NCBI GenBank assembly: GCA_015069505.1
Contig: SVIL01000001.1
Coordinates: 12,320 to 76,319, forward strand
Length of the DNA: 64,000 bases
Source: Clostridiales bacterium
Lineage (GTDB): Bacteria; Bacillota; Clostridia; Christensenellales; Borkfalkiaceae
Direction: 5' to 3'
Position 1 is the first letter of the stretch. Each line of letters opens with the position of its first letter. Under the pieces are notes generated by a model. That model was not told where the DNA came from, did not search any database, and saw only the letters and a program-made list of their open reading frames with translations. The position numbers and the translations under genes were made by a program. Positions 17,691 to 25,707 of the stretch are shown piece by piece.

Positions 17691-18566
17691 TTACGGGCGA
17701 TAGATTCTTAACTTATCTGAAACTATTTGAATTTCAAAAGGTATGTCGTCGTAAAGTTCACCGTCAACGTTTACGGTGTAAGGGGTAGGCACGTCGATTT
17801 TTATACGTTTGCAAGTTTTATGTACTACTTTTTTGTGTTTTAAGATTTTGCCCGATTTAAGGTTCATGAACGCACCTATTAGGGCAAGTTTACCCATGTT
17901 TCCGACAGCAACCATATCAAGCGACTTGTCCGTGGGGTCTGCGACGGGGCAAATTCTAAGCCCACCGCCGTATCTATGTCCGTTTGCAATGCAGGCAATA
18001 AACGAGTCGTAATTTTGTTTATCATCGTCAAGGTCTGCGTCGAAATTTATGCACTTAAACTTAAACAAGGTATCTATAAGGCATTTGGTATAGCCGAACT
18101 TGGTTTTTCTTTTAAGGCTTTCGTACCTACGCAAAACTTCTACGTCCATACCCATACCTATAATGTTAAGACCGCGAACGGTAGGCATTTGCATAAAGTC
18201 GGTGTATTTAGCGTCGCCGTCTAATATAAGGTCAAGTGCTTTAACGGGGTCGAACGGAAGGTTTAGGGCAGAGGCAAAGTCGTTACCCGTTCCGCAAGGG
18301 ATAATACCCATAGCCGTCTTATCAAAATTACTAAAACCGTTGATAACTTCGTGTAGAGACCCGTCCCCACCGACTACGACGATAGTGGTGGCACCGCCCT
18401 CAATAAGCGATTTGGTAAGTTCGGTTGCGTGGTGTGGGCGTTCGGTGTAATGGAAAACGCCCTCTTGATTTCTTTCAAGAAGCCTTGCTTTAAGAAGGTC
18501 TATGACCTTTTTCATTTTCTTTCCATTTTTACCGCCTGCAAAGGGGTTGATGATAAAATCCAGCAT
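17691..18566 (-). CDS. Diacylglycerol/lipid kinase (YegS/DagK/BmrU family)
   Basis: NPFAGGKNG, VVVGGDGSLHEV and IPCGTGNDFA are family motifs. The start was chosen at MLDFIINP. Confidence 0.8.
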   Translation of the reverse strand: MLDFIINPFAGGKNGKKMKKVIDLLKARLLERNQEGVFHYTERPHHATELTKSLIEGGATTIVVVGGDGSLHEVINGFSNFDKTAMGIIPCGTGNDFASALNLPFDPVKALDLILDGDAKYTDFMQMPTVRGLNIIGMGMDVEVLRRYESLKRKTKFGYTKCLIDTLFKFKCINFDADLDDDKQNYDSFIACIANGHRYGGGLRICPVADPTDKSLDMVAVGNMGKLALIGAFMNLKSGKILKHKKVVHKTCKRIKIDVPTPYTVNVDGELYDDIPFEIQIVSDKLRIYRP

Positions 18567-18659
18567 TTGTGAGTACCCAACCAAAAATTACATAAATAAG
18601 TTTACTACAATTTATGAAAAATATCAACTTTTATTCGATATTTATGTTATAATATTTTT

Positions 18660-20006
18660 ATGCACGATTATTTTGATAAAAAACTAATTGAATTAGCGGC
18701 TGAATTGCCGACCCCGTTATACGCCGTTGGTGGGTTTGTCAGAAATTATTTGATAGATAAATCCAAGTCCGAAGACGTGGATTTGTGTGCCCCGCTTTCG
18801 GTGGAAGATATGACTCCGTATTTAGAGAGGTTTGGTTTTAAGACGGTTGCCCTCTATAAGCGTACGGGTACTATCGTTTTTAAGGCGAACGGGATAAAGT
18901 ACGAATTTACTTCGTTTAGGCGTGACGTTTACGGTAGTGACGGCGGGCATACCCCTATCGGCACGGTGCCTACCTTCGACATTGAAGAAGACGCAAAGCG
19001 AAGGGATTTTAAGTGCAACGCAATTTATTACGATATTAAAAACGGCAAAATCGTTGACCCGTTAGGCGGTGAAAACGACGTAAAGAATAGGGTTTTAGAC
19101 ACCGTCGTTTCACCCGAAAAGGTGTTTTGTTTCGACGGGCTTAGGCTTATGAGGCTTGCAAGGTTTAGTGCCGAACTTAACTTTAAGCCTACCAAGATGG
19201 TTTTGGACAGTGCCAAAAAGTATGCGGATAACGTAAAGGATATATCCGTAGAGAGGATATACGACGAACTTAAAAAGATTTTAGTTGCGGACAGCAAATA
19301 CCCGTTTTCGGATAAGAGGGGGCATTATACGGCGTTAAAGATTTTGGACGAAACTCGTGTGCTTGATAATATTATCCCCGAACTAACGCTCGGGCGTGGT
19401 ATGGCACAGAGAAGCGACTATCATAAATACGACGTGTTAGAACATAGTTTAAGGTGTGTGCTTTACGCAAAACCTTGCGTAAGGCTTTCGGCTCTTTTGC
19501 ACGACGTTGCAAAACCCTTTTGTATGTTGCGTGACGGCAAGTACCACTTCCATGGGGTTGAGGGGGTAAGAATTGCAGAAGAAGTGCTTTTACGCCTAAA
19601 AGCAGATAAAAATACTATAAAGCACGTCAAATTTTTGGTCGGCGGACATATGCTTGATTTAGATACTTTAACGTCAAAACCCAAAATAAGAAAGTTTATC
19701 GTAAAAAACTATCCGTTTATAGAGGATTTAATGAGTCTTAAACAAGCGGATTACAGTGCGGGGCAAGACGACGATTCAAAATGCCCGACGGTTAATAAGT
19801 GGAAAACGATTATTCAAGAAATGCTTTCGGACGGTACGCCGTTTAGTCTAAAAGACCTTTCGGTCAACGCCTTCGACCTTAAAAATTTGGGCGTAAAACA
19901 AAACGACTTTGGAAAGACCTTGACAAATTTGTGGGAAAGGGTTATAGTTAATCCGAGGCTTAACGAGAAAGATACTCTTTTAAATTTAGTTAAAAATATA
20001 AAGTAG
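18660..20006 (+). CDS. cca: CCA tRNA nucleotidyltransferase with an HD domain
   Basis: AVGGFVRNYL, DVDLC, RRDFKCNAIYYD and HDVAKP are present. Confidence 0.85.
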   Translation: MHDYFDKKLIELAAELPTPLYAVGGFVRNYLIDKSKSEDVDLCAPLSVEDMTPYLERFGFKTVALYKRTGTIVFKANGIKYEFTSFRRDVYGSDGGHTPIGTVPTFDIEEDAKRRDFKCNAIYYDIKNGKIVDPLGGENDVKNRVLDTVVSPEKVFCFDGLRLMRLARFSAELNFKPTKMVLDSAKKYADNVKDISVERIYDELKKILVADSKYPFSDKRGHYTALKILDETRVLDNIIPELTLGRGMAQRSDYHKYDVLEHSLRCVLYAKPCVRLSALLHDVAKPFCMLRDGKYHFHGVEGVRIAEEVLLRLKADKNTIKHVKFLVGGHMLDLDTLTSKPKIRKFIVKNYPFIEDLMSLKQADYSAGQDDDSKCPTVNKWKTIIQEMLSDGTPFSLKDLSVNAFDLKNLGVKQNDFGKTLTNLWERVIVNPRLNEKDTLLNLVKNIK

Positions 20007-20019
20007 GGAGGAAAAGGTT

Positions 20020-22515
20020 ATGGCAGAACAAGAAACTTCTAAGCAAGAAAGTTCTAAACAAGAAACTTCTAAAAAAGAAACGCCGTCTGCGGCACCTGAA
20101 CCCGCACGTACCAACGTACGAGATCTTAAAAAACAAAAAAAGGAAGAACGCAAAATTAAAAAGGCGTTAAAGTGCAAAAGATTCCGTGGCTTTAAAAACT
20201 TTTGTTGGTGGTTTTTCGGTTGCTTTTGCGGTGTAATTCTGTTTTTTGCAGGTATTGCTGCGGCGATATTATTGTTGCCCGTCAACACTCTTACGGGCGG
20301 AAATAACGAGGGCGTCGTCAGTGACGAACTCGCTTCATCTACCATCGGTGAGATAGTCTTTAACTTAGATAAGTACGGGTTTGAAGATTTACCGATAGTG
20401 GTTGAAGCTGTTAAAGGCATAACCGAAGGCGAAGTCGGTAAATACGTTGAGGTTGACTACGATAAGTTAAACGCAATCAAATTCGGCTCGTCTAATATTG
20501 CCGAAGAACTTCAAGGCTGTATTAAAGTAGTTGCGACTATTGAAGACACCGTGGGTACCGAAACTTTGGGTGACCTTGGTAATTTAAGCGTGTTTAGTGA
20601 GTGGCAAGCGGTTGACGGCACGATTGACGAATCTGCGGATACCTTCAATCCAAAACTATATTATTATAAACCCGACGTCGCACCGTATAGCACGGCAAAA
20701 AAGGAATACGTGCGTGCGTACAGCGACGACGGTACGAGGGTTGCCCCTGCGGGTGCAACTATGTATTACGCCGCCCTTGCAAAGGTCCCCATGCTTGACG
20801 CTTTGGACCTTATTGACGAAAGTTTAAGTAGGCTTGGGATAAAAGAACTTTTAACCACTCTTGGCGGTGCGGAGTTTGATTCGGAAAGCCTAATTGCAAA
20901 TATCGTTGGGGATAACACTATCGGTTCAATAGGTAACATTACCCTTGACGGCATAAAACTTGAAACCTTCTTTGGCGACGACGTAAGCGATACCTTTAAG
21001 AACCTTATAACCAGTCTTGTCGAAGGTAAAGGTGATTTTAGTGACGTGACTGTAGGCGACTTAACGAGTATAGAAAGTTTTGATAGCGTACTCGTTAAAG
21101 ACTTGTTAGGTGAAGCCCCCGGCGACCAACTTGAAAGTCTTCTTAAAGCCATAACCGATAAAAACGATTATTCGCAAATTACCATCGGCGATTTAACGGG
21201 GATTACAAGTCTTGACAACGTGCATGTTGAAGGGCTTTTAGGCGATGTTACGCAAGAAACCAAAGATTTGTTGGAAAGTATCACAGGCGAAGATTATAGC
21301 GATATTACGGTTAGCGACATAACGGGGCTTGACGGTCTTGACGACGTGCCTATCTCTGGACTTTTAGGTGACGAAGTTGCAACATCAACCAAAGAATTGT
21401 TGGAACTTATCACGGGCATAGCCGACTATGAAACCATAACGGTAGGAAATTTGACGAGTATTACAAGCCTTGACGGTATAAATTTAAGCGAGGTTTTGGG
21501 TGATAGCGTTTCCGATGACGTTAAAACTTTACTCAAAGCCATAACGGGCGAGGGTTACGCTGATATTACTATCGGCAACTTAAAGAATTTAGAGTCGTTT
21601 AGCATTGATGGTTTATATTTAAGTGTGGTGATGAAAGGCGAAGACGTGACGGAGCTTAAAAAGATTTTAGAGGATATGTTCCACGCAGGCGAATCGGGTG
21701 GCAAATACTTTGATGATATAACTATCGGTGACCTTTCTGATATCAACTTTAAGAACGTTCATATCAATACTATTCTTCCTAGGGCGAGTATGAGTGATAC
21801 TCTCGTTGCCGTTTTAGAAGACGAGTTTGGTGGCGATTACGAAAATATCACGTTAGACCAACTTAATGATTTTAAGTTGGAAACGCTTCACTTATACAAG
21901 GTGCTTCCCAAGGACAGAATCGACGGTAGGTTCGTAGATGTGTTGAAGCAAATGACTTCAAAGACTAATTACGAAGATATCCTTATAAGCGACCTTTTCA
22001 TCGGAGAAGGCGACGAAGATATGATAGGCGGAATAACCCTTTCGACGTTGATGGATGCGGAAAGCGTTTCAAGTCCTATATTAAAACAACTGATTAATAA
22101 CGGCACTACGGTCGGCGGGTTGGGCGACGCTATCAACGGATTGAAAATAGGTCAAATTTACGGTGATACCGTATTTAAGACGGTTGAAGACGGCGGCGTG
22201 CCTGCGGATGCAATTCGTTTTAGCAAAAACGGAACGATCTACACGGAGGATGCGGACGGCGAATATTACTTAGAGAAAGGTGCGGGCATTTGGTTGCTTA
22301 TAGGCTTTGAAGAAACAGAGCTCTCAGGCGATATCGTTTATGCCGAAAGGAATATGACGATGGGTGATTTGGAGAGCGGAGACGTTGGCACGATCTTTTC
22401 GAGTGCTACCATCAGGCAACTTATCAACGCGGGGATTTTAAGCGAGGGAGACTATAACGAAGAATTGCTTAATATGACCTTGGACGAAGTTATTTTGATG
22501 GCAAGTGTAAAATAG
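20020..22515 (+). CDS. Large membrane-anchored repeat protein of unknown function
   Basis: A strong GGGAGGA ribosome-binding site precedes the ATG. The protein has a charged N-terminus with QETSK repeats, one TM segment (FCWWFFGCFCGVILFFAGIAAAILLL), and then at least 8 repeats of about 44 aa of the form ITxGDLTxIxSLDxVxxxxLLGD...K.LL..ITG..DY. Confidence 0.6.
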   Translation: MAEQETSKQESSKQETSKKETPSAAPEPARTNVRDLKKQKKEERKIKKALKCKRFRGFKNFCWWFFGCFCGVILFFAGIAAAILLLPVNTLTGGNNEGVVSDELASSTIGEIVFNLDKYGFEDLPIVVEAVKGITEGEVGKYVEVDYDKLNAIKFGSSNIAEELQGCIKVVATIEDTVGTETLGDLGNLSVFSEWQAVDGTIDESADTFNPKLYYYKPDVAPYSTAKKEYVRAYSDDGTRVAPAGATMYYAALAKVPMLDALDLIDESLSRLGIKELLTTLGGAEFDSESLIANIVGDNTIGSIGNITLDGIKLETFFGDDVSDTFKNLITSLVEGKGDFSDVTVGDLTSIESFDSVLVKDLLGEAPGDQLESLLKAITDKNDYSQITIGDLTGITSLDNVHVEGLLGDVTQETKDLLESITGEDYSDITVSDITGLDGLDDVPISGLLGDEVATSTKELLELITGIADYETITVGNLTSITSLDGINLSEVLGDSVSDDVKTLLKAITGEGYADITIGNLKNLESFSIDGLYLSVVMKGEDVTELKKILEDMFHAGESGGKYFDDITIGDLSDINFKNVHINTILPRASMSDTLVAVLEDEFGGDYENITLDQLNDFKLETLHLYKVLPKDRIDGRFVDVLKQMTSKTNYEDILISDLFIGEGDEDMIGGITLSTLMDAESVSSPILKQLINNGTTVGGLGDAINGLKIGQIYGDTVFKTVEDGGVPADAIRFSKNGTIYTEDADGEYYLEKGAGIWLLIGFEETELSGDIVYAERNMTMGDLESGDVGTIFSSATIRQLINAGILSEGDYNEELLNMTLDEVILMASVK
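20029..20073 (+). repeat. 15-nt in-frame tandem repeat (3 copies, encoding QE(T/S)SK)
   Basis: The copies are CAAGAAACTTCTAAG / CAAGAAAGTTCTAAA / CAAGAAACTTCTAAA. Confidence 0.85.
21040..22000 (+). repeat. Diverged tandem repeats of about 130 nt (44 aa) inside the CDS
   Basis: Successive units read ITVGDLTSIESFDSV..., ITIGDLTGITSLDNV..., ITVSDITGLDGLDDV..., ITVGNLTSITSLDGI..., ITIGNLKNLESFSID... and so on. The boundaries are approximate. Confidence 0.7.
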
Positions 22516-22563
22516 ACAAAAAATCGCTTAAAATGTTTAAATAAAATATGTTAATAAAAATAT

Positions 22564-22592
22564 TTGACAAATTTTAAAGTATTTGCTAATAT
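22564..22592 (+). promoter_or_regulatory. Sigma-A promoter of rpsF-ssb-rpsR, followed by a roughly 85-nt leader (possible S6:S18 autoregulatory leader)
   Basis: TTGACA (22564-22569), 17-nt spacer, TAATAT (22587-22592). Confidence 0.5.
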
Positions 22593-22681
22593 TGATACAA
22601 GTGCGTTTAGCACGAGTGCAGTTTTGCACCAAACCTTGCTTGCTTTGTGGCAAGCCGAATAAGACCAGGAGGTAAAAATTT

Positions 22682-22963
22682 ATGACTAAGTACGAGATGC
22701 TTTATATTCTTGACTCGGCACTCACCGATGAAGCGAAAGAAGCAATCATCAAAAAGTTTGAGGACTTGGTTACGGGTAACGGCGGTGTTGTTGAAAAGAC
22801 CGATCGTTGGGGCGTAAAAAAACTATGCTATCCCATCAACTATAAGTCGGAAGGCTATTACGTTTTGATGAACTTTGAAGCGGAAAAATCGTTGGTTGTT
22901 GAAATCAAGCGTGTTGCTGGTATCACCGACGGCATAATCAGAAGATTGATTACGAAAATATAG
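22682..22963 (+). CDS. rpsF: 30S ribosomal protein S6
   Basis: MTKYEMLYILDSALTDE...DRWGVKKLCYPI is the canonical S6 sequence. Confidence 0.95.
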   Translation: MTKYEMLYILDSALTDEAKEAIIKKFEDLVTGNGGVVEKTDRWGVKKLCYPINYKSEGYYVLMNFEAEKSLVVEIKRVAGITDGIIRRLITKI

Positions 22964-22973
22964 GAGAAAATTT

Positions 22974-23381
22974 ATGAACAAAGTTATCTTAATCGGAAAT
23001 TTAACCCGTGACCCCGAATTATCGGAAACCCCAAGCGGAGTAGCCGTATGTAGATTCAGCATCGCTGTATCGAGGGACTACGCTGCGGCTGACGGCACTC
23101 GTGAAACGGATTTTTTCAATATCACCGTTTGGCGTAGTAGGGCAGAAAACTGCGGTAAATATCTTAAAAAAGGTAACAAGGTTGCGGTTATCGGTAGTTT
23201 GCAAACCCGTTCTTATGAAGATAAAGACGGCATTAAGAGAAACGTTACCGACATTATCGCAAATGAAGTGGAGTTCTTAACGCCAAGATCGGCACAATCG
23301 GAAGATGATAGCAACGTCGTATCCGCAAAGAGAGAACGTCCACAGTTGGAAGCGATTGACGACAATCAACTTCCCTTTTAA
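22974..23381 (+). CDS. ssb: Single-stranded DNA-binding protein
   Basis: MNKVILIGNLTRDPEL...FNITVWR and the acidic C-terminal tip DDNQLPF are present. Confidence 0.95.
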   Translation: MNKVILIGNLTRDPELSETPSGVAVCRFSIAVSRDYAAADGTRETDFFNITVWRSRAENCGKYLKKGNKVAVIGSLQTRSYEDKDGIKRNVTDIIANEVEFLTPRSAQSEDDSNVVSAKRERPQLEAIDDNQLPF

Positions 23382-23421
23382 CGGCACGCCGTTATTTTTA
23401 AGAGTATAAAGGAGAATTAAA

Positions 23422-23724
23422 ATGGAAGAAATGACTAACCAGGTTGCCACTCAACCTACGGAAGTTTCTGCTGAAAAGCCCGTAGCAAAAGAAGGCAAGA
23501 AAATGATTAAGAGAATCCCCCGCAGGAAAGTATGTGCTTTCTGTCAAGCAAAGGTTGACGAAATCGACTATAAAGACGTTAACACCTTGAAGAAATACAT
23601 TACCGAAGGCGGAAAGATTCTTCCCAGACGTATGACGGGCGTATGTGCAAAACACCAAAGAGTTTTGGCAAAAGCTATCAAACGTGCAAGGTTGGTTGAC
23701 TTATTACCTTTCAAGGGCGAATAA
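23422..23724 (+). CDS. rpsR: 30S ribosomal protein S18 with an N-terminal extension of about 25 aa
   Basis: RRKVCAFC...[33 protein letters not shown] matches S18. ATG 23422 has an AAGGAGA ribosome-binding site. Confidence 0.92.
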   Translation: MEEMTNQVATQPTEVSAEKPVAKEGKKMIKRIPRRKVCAFCQAKVDEIDYKDVNTLKKYITEGGKILPRRMTGVCAKHQRVLAKAIKRARLVDLLPFKGE

Positions 23725-23801
23725 TCAACTAAAATACGTGTTCAAAAGGCAAACGGAATAAGCGTTTGCCTTTTTTATAAAAAAATTAAAGGAGAAAAAT
23801 T

Positions 23802-24308
23802 ATGGCAAAGAAAAAACAATCTAACAACGTCGGGCAAATTTTAACTCTTTCGGCAATCCTTTTGGGGATTATCGCATTCGTTATGGTTTTCCTTCCCGCA
23901 GTCGCAATTAAGGATAGCGAAACCGCTTATAACGGTTTGCAAGTTGCGTTTGGTTATTCAGAAGAAAATATATTAGGTGGCACGACCACGTATCTTCAAT
24001 TTTCATTTATGAATTTGTTGACCGTTATTTTGGTTTTGGTCGGCGTGGTGTTTACCGTATTAGGCATGCTTGGCAAGGGCAGTAAGTTTGCAAATCTTAT
24101 CTCAGGCGTTAGTTTTATCGTTGCGGGTGTGTTCTTTTTCTTATCCGTTGCGTTCTGTATTCCGGAAGAAGGCTTCTCAAATATCATAGGCTTCTTTGGT
24201 GGAAACATTAAAGACTGGTTAGTGCTTGGCGTAGGTGCGATAATCGGCGGAATTTTGTCAATCTTGGCAGGGGCTGCTTGTCTTGGAAACGTAGTACTAA
24301 AAAAATAG
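23802..24308 (+). CDS. Hypothetical integral membrane protein
   Basis: It is 168 aa with 4-5 hydrophobic segments and an AAGGAGA ribosome-binding site. Confidence 0.6.
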   Translation: MAKKKQSNNVGQILTLSAILLGIIAFVMVFLPAVAIKDSETAYNGLQVAFGYSEENILGGTTTYLQFSFMNLLTVILVLVGVVFTVLGMLGKGSKFANLISGVSFIVAGVFFFLSVAFCIPEEGFSNIIGFFGGNIKDWLVLGVGAIIGGILSILAGAACLGNVVLKK

Positions 24309-24571
24309 CAATAAAAAAGCGTATCGCAAAAACGGCGGTACGCTTTTAGTTTACCTTTATTTTTCAACTTTTTAACAATTAATGTTAATTTGTAACAAAA
24401 AATACCATATAAAGGTAAAAGTTTGTTAAAATTTTTCAAAAACTTTTAAAAAAGGGGTGTAAAACGCTTTACTAATTTTGTCGAAAGTTGTAATATTATA
24501 CTCGTCAAAGGAAATCTTTTGGCAATGAAATTCGCTCATCATTTTCCCCCTTATCATATATTATTCAGGAA

Positions 24572-24604
24572 GCAGTAAACGGTGTTTATTGCTTTTTGAA
24601 TTTT
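24572..24604 (+). terminator. Hairpin/terminator module, copy 1
   Basis: GCAGTAAAC-GGT-GTTTATTGC followed by TTTTT. With its flanks the stem extends to 17 bp (TTCAGGAAGCAGTAAAC/GTTTATTGCTTTTTGAA, with G-U pairs). Confidence 0.65.
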
Positions 24605-24715
24605 AAACGGGCTTTTCGTGATATTTAAAAAAGTTCTATCGACCTGCTTCCTTCTCCTCTGCTAACGCGACGGAGCACTAGCCCGTCAAGTAGGTAGTGC
24701 AAAGTCGTGCAGTCC

Positions 24716-24748
24716 GCAGTAAACGGTGTTTATTGCTTTTTGAATTTT
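24716..24748 (+). terminator. Hairpin/terminator module, copy 2 (33/33 identical to copy 1)
   Basis: The sequence is GCAGTAAACGGTGTTTATTGCTTTTTGAATTTT. Confidence 0.65.
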
Positions 24749-24790
24749 TAAGGCGTTTTTTGGGTTAAGCAGGTTTTTTTAAAAAACGTA

Positions 24791-24819
24791 TTGTCAAGGG
24801 TTATAATAGATGATATAAT
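24791..24819 (+). promoter_or_regulatory. Sigma-A promoter of the C_GCAxxG gene
   Basis: TTGTCA (24791-24796), 17-nt spacer, TATAAT (24814-24819). Confidence 0.5.
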
Positions 24820-24839
24820 GATTAAAAAGGAGAATACTA

Positions 24840-25277
24840 ATGGACAGAGTGGAACTTGCCAAAAATCTTTTTGCTGATGGATTAAATTGCAGTCAAGCGG
24901 TAGTGCTTGCTTTTAAGGATATCTTGGACGTTTCTGAGGACGTGCTTAAAAAAAGTTCTATACCTTTCGGCGGTGGCTTGGGTAGGCAAAGGCTTACCTG
25001 TGGGGCTGTTAGCGGTATGTGTATGGTGCTTGGCTTAAAACTTTCGGACGGAAAGGATAAACTTAAAATATATTCTATTATCCAACAAGCGTGTGATGAG
25101 TTTAAGAAAATCACGGGCAGTATTATTTGTGGGGAACTGTTAGGCGGCGTTGACGGGGCGGATAAGTCGCCCGTACCGTCGGAGAGGACGGCGGAATATT
25201 ATAAAAAACGCCCGTGTTCGGAAATGTGCCAAATCGCAGTTAAAATCACAGAAAAGTTTTTGGCGGAAAATTCATAG
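24840..25277 (+). CDS. C_GCAxxG_C_C family (putative redox-active) protein
   Basis: GLNCSQAVVLAF and LTCGAVSGMCMVLG match the family, and C-terminal Cys residues are present. Confidence 0.75.
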   Translation: MDRVELAKNLFADGLNCSQAVVLAFKDILDVSEDVLKKSSIPFGGGLGRQRLTCGAVSGMCMVLGLKLSDGKDKLKIYSIIQQACDEFKKITGSIICGELLGGVDGADKSPVPSERTAEYYKKRPCSEMCQIAVKITEKFLAENS

Positions 25278-25294
25278 TATAAAGGGGGGATTTT

Positions 25295-25657
25295 ATGAGC
25301 GATAATTATAATGAAGTTTCTAATCAAACGAAAAAGGGTGGCAAAGGATTAAAGATTGCACTTGTTATATTGTATCTATTGATAACCATTGGCTTGGCAA
25401 TTTATTGTGGGTCGGTATTTATGGAACATCCTGATAGCGGGTGGAATGCTTTGCTTGTTATCGTGATATTGATATACGGCGGATTTGCATATTGCGTGCC
25501 TACGCTTATATCCTTAATCGGGTTAATCGTAAGCCTTGTAAAATTAAAGTCAAACGCGGTTACGAAAGGGCAAATAGTGTTTTACGTGATATTTACGCTA
25601 CTTCCTGCCGCGACGTTAGCGATAATGTTCTTGACGATATATTTAATAGTTGTTTGA
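25295..25657 (+). CDS. Hypothetical membrane protein (3 TM)
   Basis: It is a 120-aa hydrophobic ORF with a GGGGGA ribosome-binding site. Confidence 0.55.
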   Translation: MSDNYNEVSNQTKKGGKGLKIALVILYLLITIGLAIYCGSVFMEHPDSGWNALLVIVILIYGGFAYCVPTLISLIGLIVSLVKLKSNAVTKGQIVFYVIFTLLPAATLAIMFLTIYLIVV

Positions 25658-25707
25658 TTTGCGAAAGTATAAAAAACCTTGCACCAAAATTTTGGTACAA
25701 GGTTTTT

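Noticed and set aside
23996-24439. A 147-aa minus-strand ORF that overlaps the 23802-24308 membrane-protein gene and runs into the intergenic region.
   Set aside because: It is antisense to a gene with a strong ribosome-binding site and clear TM pattern, and it has no ribosome-binding site of its own.
24641-24662. The minus-strand sequence GAGGAGAAGGAAGCAGG resembles the SRP RNA domain IV motif GGAAGGAAGCAGC.
   Set aside because: There is no complementary pyrimidine strand or GNRA-type tetraloop to form helix 8, and no flanking Alu or helix-5 pairing. The match looks like a chance purine-rich hit.
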